Below, one piece after another: positions 56,185 to 64,000 of a stretch of DNA of 64,000 nucleotides. The notes beneath the pieces are model-generated. The model did not search any database, was not told where the DNA came from, and saw only the letters and a program-made list of their open reading frames with translations. Each line of letters starts with the position of its first letter. Within the stretch, counting starts at the first letter, position 1. The position numbers and the translations under genes are program-made. Origin of the DNA: Patescibacteria group bacterium. GTDB taxonomy: Bacteria; Patescibacteriota; Microgenomatia; UBA8517. The DNA lies in the NCBI GenBank assembly GCA_035260845.1, contig DATFUL010000003.1, positions 11,067 through 75,066 of the forward strand, written 5' to 3'.

Positions 56185-57455
56185 TTTTCGAGTTTATATA
56201 AAGCATAGCCATCACCAAGATTAGATAATTCAATTACCTTGCGGGCACCGCCCGAAGAAATTTCCCAAATTCCAGAACTATCAAAATTATATCCTTTTTG
56301 ACTGAGAGCATATATAACATTTGCATTAGGATAGTCAATTTCTGAAAGTAAATTCTTTCCATATTTAAATTCAAGATAGTAACGTAAAACATATGCTCTT
56401 TTATCAAAATCTAAGACTTCAGAAACATTAAAATCACCTGTTGTGTCATTTGCAATTATTTTACTAGCATTATCAATATCTGAAACTTTTAGGCCATTTG
56501 GCATCCCTGTTGGAGAATTAAACGATACTTTATATGAAGAAAGACTCAAAAATAAATATAAGCATATAAAAAACGCACCTGCAATTTTATTCCATTTGAA
56601 TAGCCGTACTAGCAGTATTCCACCTAATATTGCAGCAATTGGCCAAAATGACAATAAATAATAATAATTAAAGTTTGCATCACTTCGATGCTGCAAAGTA
56701 TCAATAAAATATTGAAAAATTGTCCTTGTTTGATAAAAATTGTGCCGTAAATCAAAAATCACCAAAGGTAGATTTCCTACTATGATTCCTGAAGCGAAAA
56801 AAATAATACTTTTTAGCTTATTTTTACTTTTCCAAATATTTATTAATAAAACAAAAATAGCAATTGGTGCAAACAGAACTTGAAGACCTATACCTACACC
56901 ACTAAGGAGACCTAAAAGAAAAACATATCCAAACTTTTCTTTTTGAAAATTAAGATATGAAAAATAGAATATTAATATTCCAATCAGTGGAAGATAGTTG
57001 TAACTCCAAATAAAAAGTGAATGGTAAATCATAAAATCGTTAAATAAAAAGAGAAAGGTAGAAGCTAACGCCAACTTTTCCCCTAACGTCTTTTTAATTA
57101 CAAGGTAAATAATAATTCCAGTGAATAAATTTAAAAACGTAAAGAAGATTGTAATGATAATTGGATTGTAGTCAGAGATTAAAAGTAAAGGAACTAACGA
57201 ATAATTAAACAATGCTCCTGAATAAATAACATGCGAATTACTATCTTGCCGGAAATATTCTTGACCCAAAAGGCTTGGTTTCACTTTTATATAGTTAGCT
57301 GAGACAATCAAACTACGAGCTTGCTCCGACCAAAAAGTAACCCTATTTGGATAGTTATAAAACCGCACAAAAGAGGCCAAAATCAATATAACTATTATTA
57401 GAATGTTATTTTTCTTTAATAAGTTTTTCAAAAAGTTCTTCATATTGTTTTGCAA
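56181..57455 (-). CDS. Polytopic membrane protein, possibly a third GT-C-fold glycosyltransferase
   Basis: About 11 TM segments in the N-terminal 300 aa plus a C-terminal soluble domain of about 110 aa; no firm motif. Confidence 0.35.
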   Translation of the reverse strand: MQNNMKNFLKNLLKKNNILIIVILILASFVRFYNYPNRVTFWSEQARSLIVSANYIKVKPSLLGQEYFRQDSNSHVIYSGALFNYSLVPLLLISDYNPIIITIFFTFLNLFTGIIIYLVIKKTLGEKLALASTFLFLFNDFMIYHSLFIWSYNYLPLIGILIFYFSYLNFQKEKFGYVFLLGLLSGVGIGLQVLFAPIAIFVLLINIWKSKNKLKSIIFFASGIIVGNLPLVIFDLRHNFYQTRTIFQYFIDTLQHRSDANFNYYYLLSFWPIAAILGGILLVRLFKWNKIAGAFFICLYLFLSLSSYKVSFNSPTGMPNGLKVSDIDNASKIIANDTTGDFNVSEVLDFDKRAYVLRYYLEFKYGKNLLSEIDYPNANVIYALSQKGYNFDSSGIWEISSGGARKVIELSNLGDGYALYKLEK

Positions 57456-58347
57456 TTATGTCCCAAGAAAACTTTTCGGCTTGTTTCCTTGGTTTACTAC
57501 CCCAATCTGTATCCAACCCCTTTTTTAAGGCAACCGCATATTTTTCAGTATTTATTGGATCAACTAAAATTCCTGCATCTCCTACTATTTCCTTACGGAT
57601 TGGATCGTCACTTGCAACTACAGGGAGGTTTGTAGCCATTGCTTCAACAAGTACATTGCCAAATGCCTCAGATGACGCAGACGGAAGTGTAAAAACATCA
57701 GCTACGCGATAAGCTTCGGGCATTTTATCAAATGGAAGGCTAATAATTTGAAATTTATTTCCCAACATGGCATTCCCCATTTCTTCGAGATTATTCCTCA
57801 AATTTCCGCCGCCGCCAACTATTAATAGACTAAAGTTCTTAAGTTTTGATACAGCTTTGATTGCAAGATCTAATCTTTTTTGCTCTGTAAAGGCTCCCAC
57901 AGCCAACACAATCGGGCTTTTAAGGCTAGTTTTTATAATTTTTCCTTTCTGGGTAAACTTATAAAGATCAACGCCGTTGGGGATCGTTTCTATATTAACT
58001 AATGGGTTAATATTTTTAGCCCAAAGAGCGGCTTTAGAAGTAAGGGCAACAAAAGTATTTGGGAAAGATAAAAGATTTAACTTGTCATCCCAGCCCATCC
58101 CGGATTGCCCGGAAACAATTACTTTTGCACCGGTCAGCCAAGCAATTTTTCTAACAATAAACACCTGAAGTCTTCCGTTTGTTGGAATTAGTATGTCGTA
58201 CCTTTTTTTAAAGAAATCTAAATATTTAATATTACTTATGACATCTACTTGGTGATTTTTAGAAAGCCGACGCGAAAGTTCATAAACAAAAGTCTCAGCT
58301 CCACGAGAAACTTTATTTTGATATTTATTTATAAACGCAATTTTCAT
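57406..58347 (-). CDS. GT4-family glycosyltransferase (short)
   Basis: VFTLPSASSEAFGNVLVEAMATNLPVVASDDPIRKEIVGDAGILVDP (EX7E). Confidence 0.8.
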   Translation of the reverse strand: MKIAFINKYQNKVSRGAETFVYELSRRLSKNHQVDVISNIKYLDFFKKRYDILIPTNGRLQVFIVRKIAWLTGAKVIVSGQSGMGWDDKLNLLSFPNTFVALTSKAALWAKNINPLVNIETIPNGVDLYKFTQKGKIIKTSLKSPIVLAVGAFTEQKRLDLAIKAVSKLKNFSLLIVGGGGNLRNNLEEMGNAMLGNKFQIISLPFDKMPEAYRVADVFTLPSASSEAFGNVLVEAMATNLPVVASDDPIRKEIVGDAGILVDPINTEKYAVALKKGLDTDWGSKPRKQAEKFSWDIIAKQYEELFEKLIKEK

Positions 58348-59690
58348 TTCTTGGGAATTAATATTTCTATACCATCTATTTTTTCTTTCAATTTATAGTT
58401 TAAAATTACATAGTCATAAACTTTTTGTGGCTTATAAGACGCTAGCCCTGATTCTGAATAATCCTGAAGTAAAATTAATCTTGGCTTTGAAGCTATGAGA
58501 TCAGCAACCTCTCTGTCTTGAACACCTTGAATTTCTTGATACCAATAAAGTTGCGGCACCCAAGGATTGGTAGCGGGGAGAGTGTTGGTTAGTGCATAAA
58601 CGTTGTCCCACCAATTCATAACAAATATTTTGTCCCCCGGTGTTGTATTATTTTTAACATAGTTAGCAACATCCGAAACATCGCTTTCAAAAAAACGAGT
58701 GCCTTCCTGCCAATTCCTTATAAAAAAATTGGTGAATAAATAAATACTCACAAGGGCATAGAGTGCAATAAACATCTTTAAAAACCGATCACGTTTGTTT
58801 AGATTAGTAAGGACAATAGCTGATGACATCGCTAAAAACGGAAGACCGGGTTGAAAATGAAAAAATTCAAATCTTGGGTAAGCCGTCATGCTCCCCGCAA
58901 GTGCCCAAAGTGGCAAGTTAGCCACTTTACTTTTCATTTTTATGAAATATGGAATAAAAATCGAAAACGGAAAAAGTGCTATTAACATATTTTTAAGATC
59001 CGGAAACTGAATTTGTCCTTGTGATCTCGGTAAAACAAATACCCCAAACTTAATAGCCCATTCGTAAAAATTGGGCAGATTTCCCCAAAACAATGTTGCC
59101 AAAAAGTAAATTATTACTGTAACAGTTCCCCCATAAATAAAATCTCTATATTTCTTTAATGAAAAAATAATGGGTATTAAAAACCAAATTGCAGTTTGTT
59201 TTGTAAAAAACATAATAACCCAAAGAACTCCTGCCCAAAGATATTTTTTCTTATGAATAAGAAAAAATACAAATAAAGAAATCGGAGCAATCATTGAATC
59301 AAACCAAAGTCCGTTTCCATCATAAAACACTTGCCAAAATACAAATAGTGAAACGGCAATTATTGCAACTTTTTTACTATTAAATAGCAAGCTATTCTTA
59401 TTCGATAACTTATTTATAACCCAAAAAAGCAAGAAGTCTGTAAAAATGATAACAGCCCATGTATAAATCTTTAATTGGAAAACACCGACTCCAAAAACTT
59501 TGTATATGAGTGAAAGTATAATTAATAAATTAGGTGTATGGGCAATTGCGATATCTCTATAAGGCAACAGTCCATGAACAATTAAATAAGGCCAAAGAAG
59601 CATTTCTGGCCATGCCGTAAATTTTAATTTTAATAACAAGAATAGATGTAATGCTAGAATGATTACCAGGAGCGAAGGAAATTTCTTCAT
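58344..59690 (-). CDS. Polytopic membrane protein, possibly a GT-C/GT87-like mannosyltransferase
   Basis: About 12 TM segments and a C-terminal soluble domain; no firm motif. Confidence 0.35.
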   Translation of the reverse strand: MKKFPSLLVIILALHLFLLLKLKFTAWPEMLLWPYLIVHGLLPYRDIAIAHTPNLLIILSLIYKVFGVGVFQLKIYTWAVIIFTDFLLFWVINKLSNKNSLLFNSKKVAIIAVSLFVFWQVFYDGNGLWFDSMIAPISLFVFFLIHKKKYLWAGVLWVIMFFTKQTAIWFLIPIIFSLKKYRDFIYGGTVTVIIYFLATLFWGNLPNFYEWAIKFGVFVLPRSQGQIQFPDLKNMLIALFPFSIFIPYFIKMKSKVANLPLWALAGSMTAYPRFEFFHFQPGLPFLAMSSAIVLTNLNKRDRFLKMFIALYALVSIYLFTNFFIRNWQEGTRFFESDVSDVANYVKNNTTPGDKIFVMNWWDNVYALTNTLPATNPWVPQLYWYQEIQGVQDREVADLIASKPRLILLQDYSESGLASYKPQKVYDYVILNYKLKEKIDGIEILIPKK

Positions 59691-60391
59691 ATTTTTTTTG
59701 CAATTATTGTCATACTGTCACCCATATTTAACATTGTAGACACAAACGATAATGGGAAGGTTAAAAGGTCATACAAGAATGATTTTCTTTTTAATTCTAA
59801 GAGGGGATTTGAATATTCAAAAAGACCAGAGCGCGACTGCCACAAAAGTATTTTAAACCCGGTATTTTTAAATACTTTGAAAATACTATCTTTTGTAAAC
59901 TGCCATTTATGCTCATTTGGTAATTTGTAGGGCCAATGGTCACCAAAAATCTTTGCTGGAATTCCACCGGCATTTGGAACATCAACAAAAACAAGCCCAT
60001 TATTTTTTAACAAACTGTTTACTTTTTTTAGAACAAAGATAGGATCTTCCATATGCTCCAGGGTATGGTTTAATATAACTAAATTAAATGAATTTTTTGG
60101 AATATCCAACTTTTCAAAATATCCTTTATATACCTTTATCCCCTTTTTCTTAGCTATTTCAGAACTACCGGAGGGTTCTACCCCAAAGACTTCAAATCCA
60201 TTCTCCTTAAATATTTCTAAAAAAATCCCGGTTGAAGAACCAATTTCCAAAACTCTGCCTTTTTTAATATATCTTTTGATTAATTTGTAACGTGTTAAAA
60301 AAATATTTCTGAAAGTCGATGAATACTTTTCATAATCATAATCTCTATGGTATTTTTTATAGTTAACGTCCATTAATATTTTAATATCCAA
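59687..60391 (-). CDS. Class I SAM-dependent methyltransferase
   Basis: Motif I RVLEIGSSTGIF, motif post-I FEVFGVEPS, LVILNHTLEHM. Confidence 0.8.
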   Translation of the reverse strand: MDIKILMDVNYKKYHRDYDYEKYSSTFRNIFLTRYKLIKRYIKKGRVLEIGSSTGIFLEIFKENGFEVFGVEPSGSSEIAKKKGIKVYKGYFEKLDIPKNSFNLVILNHTLEHMEDPIFVLKKVNSLLKNNGLVFVDVPNAGGIPAKIFGDHWPYKLPNEHKWQFTKDSIFKVFKNTGFKILLWQSRSGLFEYSNPLLELKRKSFLYDLLTFPLSFVSTMLNMGDSMTIIAKKI

Positions 60392-61217
60392 CTCTACCTA
60401 TCCATATTTTTCTTTTTATTTTCCTTAGTGGAGTTTCTACAAATGCCCTAGTTTTAAATTTAAAACTGGAAATACCCCAGGGGCTTTGTATAAATTCCGG
60501 CTTGGTTTTAAATAAGACTTCAGGATAGAAAAAATCCTTAGGAAAATTTTGACCAAATTCATATTTATATTTTTTGTTTCTTTTAATTACATTTAAATCG
60601 TCTTTTAAGGCCCTTCCACGCGGAACAAAAGTGGCGTGAAGATATGGAGCATCTATAAATTCTATTTTGTCTATATTTCTATCTTGAATCATTTTATTTT
60701 CAAAGTCAGACCATCCCCAAACACCATGAACTCCCTGTGAATGAAGACCTGGAATACTTCTATTTATAGCCCGCAGATTGTAATGTCCAACTCTACTCCC
60801 AAATTTATAACGGCCGGCTGAACTATCTTGGAAATGAAATATATCCCCAACTAAATTTAATGTTGGAACAACGACTGATTCAAGACTGGGATTAGTCTCT
60901 ATTGTCTTTACAACACTTACGATTGAGTTATTCCACCAAATTTCGTCAGCATCGACCATCAAAAACCAATCCGACTCTGTTGCGTCAAGCATTTCTTGGC
61001 GTACCTTTGTAAAGTCCGTACTAGTACTTATATTTCTCTCTTTAAAAATAATTTTTTCCGGATAAAGCTTTTTTAATTCCTTTGCAATTTCGATACTGCC
61101 ATCAGTGCTACCTGTATCCCAAAGCAAAATCTTGTCTACAAAATTAATTACTGAATTTACAGAAAACCATAACCATCTGGCCTCGTTTTTAACTAATGTG
61201 TGAGCCCAGATCTCCAT
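60381..61217 (-). CDS. GT2-like glycosyltransferase (KNE-type N-terminus)
   Basis: TLVKNEARWL...ILLWDTGSTDGS and a DADE acidic motif (MVDADEIWW). Confidence 0.5.
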   Translation of the reverse strand: MEIWAHTLVKNEARWLWFSVNSVINFVDKILLWDTGSTDGSIEIAKELKKLYPEKIIFKERNISTSTDFTKVRQEMLDATESDWFLMVDADEIWWNNSIVSVVKTIETNPSLESVVVPTLNLVGDIFHFQDSSAGRYKFGSRVGHYNLRAINRSIPGLHSQGVHGVWGWSDFENKMIQDRNIDKIEFIDAPYLHATFVPRGRALKDDLNVIKRNKKYKYEFGQNFPKDFFYPEVLFKTKPEFIQSPWGISSFKFKTRAFVETPLRKIKRKIWIGRVGY

Positions 61218-61267
61218 AGGACTATTGTATCCTTTTTAATCTCGAATTTCTGCTAGAATAGTCTAGA

Positions 61268-63157
61268 ATGTGTGGAATTGCAGGCAAGGTTTACTTCACA
61301 AAGAATAAAGATGTCCACCCACAGGAAATTAAATTGATGACCACTTCAATTGCTCATCGCGGTCCTGATGATGAAGGAATCTTTATTTCAAAAGACAAGA
61401 AGGTTGGTCTTGGAAGCCGCAGGCTTGCAATAATAGATTTAAGTCAGAGAGGACACCAACCGATGACCTATTTAAATAGATATACGATCACATTCAATGG
61501 TGAAATATATAATTTTCAATTCGAAAAAGAGAAACTAAAAAAGTTGGGTTATCAATTTAATTCAGACTCAGACACTGAAGTAATCTTGGCCCTATATGAT
61601 AAATATGGGAAAAAGTGTTTAGATCACCTAAGAGGTATGTTTGCTTTTGCAATTTATGATGAGGTGCAAAGAACAATATTCTTGGCAAGAGACAGAATCG
61701 GCAAAAAACCTCTTAAATATTTTCTAAATGATGATGTCTTAATATTTGCTTCAGAACTTAAGGCAATCCTAACCCAATCGGGAGTAAAGAAAATAGTTGA
61801 TTACAAAGCGATTCAACTTTATATGACTTATGGTTACACTCCGGCTCCGTACACAGGTTTTGAAGGCATTAAAAAACTAGAACCCGGAAGTTATATTTTT
61901 ATCAACTTAAAAAGTCGGTCTTTTGAAAAAATTAGATATTGGGAGCCAATGTTTGATCACAAGCTAAACTTATCCGAAAAGGAGTGGTGTAAAAAAATAT
62001 TAGAGACCCTTGAGGAATCGACCCGTCTTAGAATGATTGCGGACGTACCAGTTGGAGCATTTCTTTCTGGAGGAGTTGATAGCAGTGGAGTTGTCGCAAC
62101 CATGGCTGGACTATCAACAAAACCAATCAAGACTTTTACTATTTCTTTTACCGATAGTGATTTAAATGAGAGTCAGCATGCAGGAAGAATTGCTAAACTT
62201 TACAAAACTGATCACCATATACTTCCCGCCAAACCACAATCAACCGATATATTGCCGTTTTTGGCTAAACAATATGAGGAACCTTTCGCAGATGCAAGCA
62301 ACGTAGTTACCTATATGGTTTCTGAAATGACCAGGAAATTTGTGACAGTAGCATTAAATGGAGATGGTGGGGACGAAAACTTTGCCGGTTACCCAAATAG
62401 ATACATGCGATTAAAACGAGATGTAGATTACGACAACTGGATACAAGACTTAAGACCATCAGCGGTAGTAGCTTTAGAGGCATTATCGAAAATGGGTAAC
62501 TTAAAAACAGTTTCTAAAGCTAAAAAATTCTTTGACAATGCTAAAAAACCAATTTATGAAAGATTTGCCTCATATAATAAAATATTCGACCAAGAGGAGA
62601 TTTTTAAGTATTCAAAAGGAAAATTACTTGAGGAGCAAAATAACAATAACCCATATCAAATCGTTGACGAATGTTTTAGTAATTTTGAAGGAAAAGATCT
62701 AAAAGACGCAGGACTCAAGTTTGACCTTATGTATTTTTTACCGGACCAACTCCTTGCAAAGGTAGACATTGCATCAATGGCAGCATCTCTGGAAGCCCGA
62801 TCCCCTTTACTTGATCAAAACATGATAGAGCTTGCTGGTACCATTCCATTTAACCTCAAAGTAAAACATGGGGAGTCAAAGTACATACTAAAAAAGGCTT
62901 TTGAAAAGATAGTTCCCAAAGAGAATCTCTACCGACCCAAGGTAGGATTCACAATTCCACTTGAGAGATGGTTCTCTGGAAAATTAAATAGTTATGCAGA
63001 AAGCATTCTACTTTCTAAAAATACACAAATAAATGAACTTCTAGATAAAGATTATATTAAACGAATGGTTGAGGATAAAAACAAAAGTGAAGATTTTGGC
63101 CCCAGACTCTGGTCTCTTATGTCTCTTGAACTCTGGTTTAGGTCTTATTTCAACTAA
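61268..63157 (+). CDS. asnB: Asparagine synthetase B-type glutamine amidotransferase. In this context it is likely a glycan-modifying amidotransferase.
   Basis: N-terminal nucleophile MCGIAG, PP-loop SGGVDSS, 629 aa. Confidence 0.85.
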   Translation: MCGIAGKVYFTKNKDVHPQEIKLMTTSIAHRGPDDEGIFISKDKKVGLGSRRLAIIDLSQRGHQPMTYLNRYTITFNGEIYNFQFEKEKLKKLGYQFNSDSDTEVILALYDKYGKKCLDHLRGMFAFAIYDEVQRTIFLARDRIGKKPLKYFLNDDVLIFASELKAILTQSGVKKIVDYKAIQLYMTYGYTPAPYTGFEGIKKLEPGSYIFINLKSRSFEKIRYWEPMFDHKLNLSEKEWCKKILETLEESTRLRMIADVPVGAFLSGGVDSSGVVATMAGLSTKPIKTFTISFTDSDLNESQHAGRIAKLYKTDHHILPAKPQSTDILPFLAKQYEEPFADASNVVTYMVSEMTRKFVTVALNGDGGDENFAGYPNRYMRLKRDVDYDNWIQDLRPSAVVALEALSKMGNLKTVSKAKKFFDNAKKPIYERFASYNKIFDQEEIFKYSKGKLLEEQNNNNPYQIVDECFSNFEGKDLKDAGLKFDLMYFLPDQLLAKVDIASMAASLEARSPLLDQNMIELAGTIPFNLKVKHGESKYILKKAFEKIVPKENLYRPKVGFTIPLERWFSGKLNSYAESILLSKNTQINELLDKDYIKRMVEDKNKSEDFGPRLWSLMSLELWFRSYFN

Positions 63158-64000
63158 ACCAGTAATACTTAATTGCAATTGTCCACATATAAATTGCAAG
63201 TAAAATATTGGTTACTGCAAGTGTTATAGCTGGGCCGATTACTCCAAACTTTGGTATTAAAACAAGATCGAATCCAAACATAATGGCTAACTGAACAACT
63301 GAGAAAAATCCAATAAATTTTGGTTTTTTCATTGAATAAACAATTGCCGAAACAGCAGGTACTGAGAGAATGAATGGAATGTTGGCAAGTGCCAAAGCTC
63401 TAAAGACAGGAACTGAATCAAGGTATTTTGGAAAAATTAAAAGCATGAAAGGTTTTGCGATTATTGCCCAAAAAATTATTCCAAAAATTATAGGAATAGT
63501 AACTAGAACAGCTTTAAGTATGTAGGTTCTTTCTTTTTCTTTATTACCAAAACCGGCTAAACGTGTTGCAAGTACTGCAGAAAAACTACCCCCAAGAACA
63601 ATAATAAAAGACGCCAACTTAGAAGGAATTGAATAAACAGCAGTAGACAAAGCTCCTAGTAGAGCCGCCATCATTTGTACATCCAAGTTTCCCGAAACCG
63701 CTGAAGTTATCCTGCTTACCCCAAGCCATCCAGAAAACCTAAAAAGCTTTTTATATATCTCAAGTTCCGGTTTAGTCCTAAAAAAATCAGTGCCTACAAG
63801 AATAAATCCAAAAAAACCTGCCGCCAATCCACCAAATATGTATGATCCAAAGACATTATATAAAGAGGTCCCTCCTATATATATTAGTATAAAAAGCGCA
63901 CCAAGGCGTGTAATCATAAAAACCAAATCAGTTGAGACCGCACCTAAGAAATTCTTCCTAGCCTGAAGAACATATGGCAAAAACATCCACAAAAAGAAGG
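63150..64000 (-). CDS. Partial CDS (C-terminal about 280 aa; continues past the window end). Wzx-like oligosaccharide flippase (MOP superfamily).
   Basis: About 8 TM segments in the visible part, Gly-rich amphipathic helices; the frame stays open to the window edge. Confidence 0.5.
   Translation of the reverse strand, partial: FFLWMFLPYVLQARKNFLGAVSTDLVFMITRLGALFILIYIGGTSLYNVFGSYIFGGLAAGFFGFILVGTDFFRTKPELEIYKKLFRFSGWLGVSRITSAVSGNLDVQMMAALLGALSTAVYSIPSKLASFIIVLGGSFSAVLATRLAGFGNKEKERTYILKAVLVTIPIIFGIIFWAIIAKPFMLLIFPKYLDSVPVFRALALANIPFILSVPAVSAIVYSMKKPKFIGFFSVVQLAIMFGFDLVLIPKFGVIGPAITLAVTNILLAIYMWTIAIKYYWFS

Overview
This is a 64-kb window of AT-rich, tightly packed bacterial chromosome. Almost every gene is on the minus strand, and many neighbouring genes overlap by 1-26 nt at stop/start junctions. 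I found no rRNA, CRISPR array, integrase or transposase.

The content falls into four blocks:
- **Housekeeping block (1-7.5 kb):** a partial membrane protein, tRNA-Val(CAC), a purine phosphoribosyltransferase, signal peptidase I, an orphan ParB, the rplU-rpmA ribosomal pair (the L27 start sits in an unusual repeat-and-hairpin leader), a RodA-like SEDS protein and IleS.
- **Enlarged dcw cluster (7.5-27.3 kb):** 17 co-directional genes in the order mraZ-rsmH-ftsL-ftsI-murA-murE-murC/B-murD-ddl-alr-murF-mraY-ftsW-murG-ftsQ-ftsA-ftsZ. It carries essentially the whole cytoplasmic peptidoglycan-precursor pathway. Two genes are fusions: MurC-MurB, and MurE joined to a GlmU-type UDP-GlcNAc pyrophosphorylase domain.
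- **Mixed block (27.4-39.6 kb):** GlyRS, an LCP-family protein, MsrA and MsrB, a standalone Cas4-like Fe-S PD-(D/E)XK nuclease, a DEDD-like exonuclease, peptide deformylase, a Zur-like regulator with ZnuACB behind a promoter whose spacer holds a palindromic candidate operator, a YibE/F-like membrane protein and RecO.
- **Surface-glycan locus (about 40-64 kb, running off the window):** a priming phosphoglycosyl transferase, ManC, seven GT4 enzymes, two GT2 enzymes (one DPM1/GtrB-like), two to four GT-C-fold membrane glycosyltransferases, an O-antigen-ligase-like protein, acetyl- and methyltransferases, a peptidase S51-like protein, an AsnB-type amidotransferase and a Wzx-like flippase.

The small proteins, gene fusions, compaction and very glycosyltransferase-rich locus suggest a reduced-genome lineage such as CPR/Patescibacteria. 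That is an inference only. Standard stop codons appear to be used, including TGA.

All calls rest on motifs I read in the supplied translations and in the DNA itself. No database searches were run.
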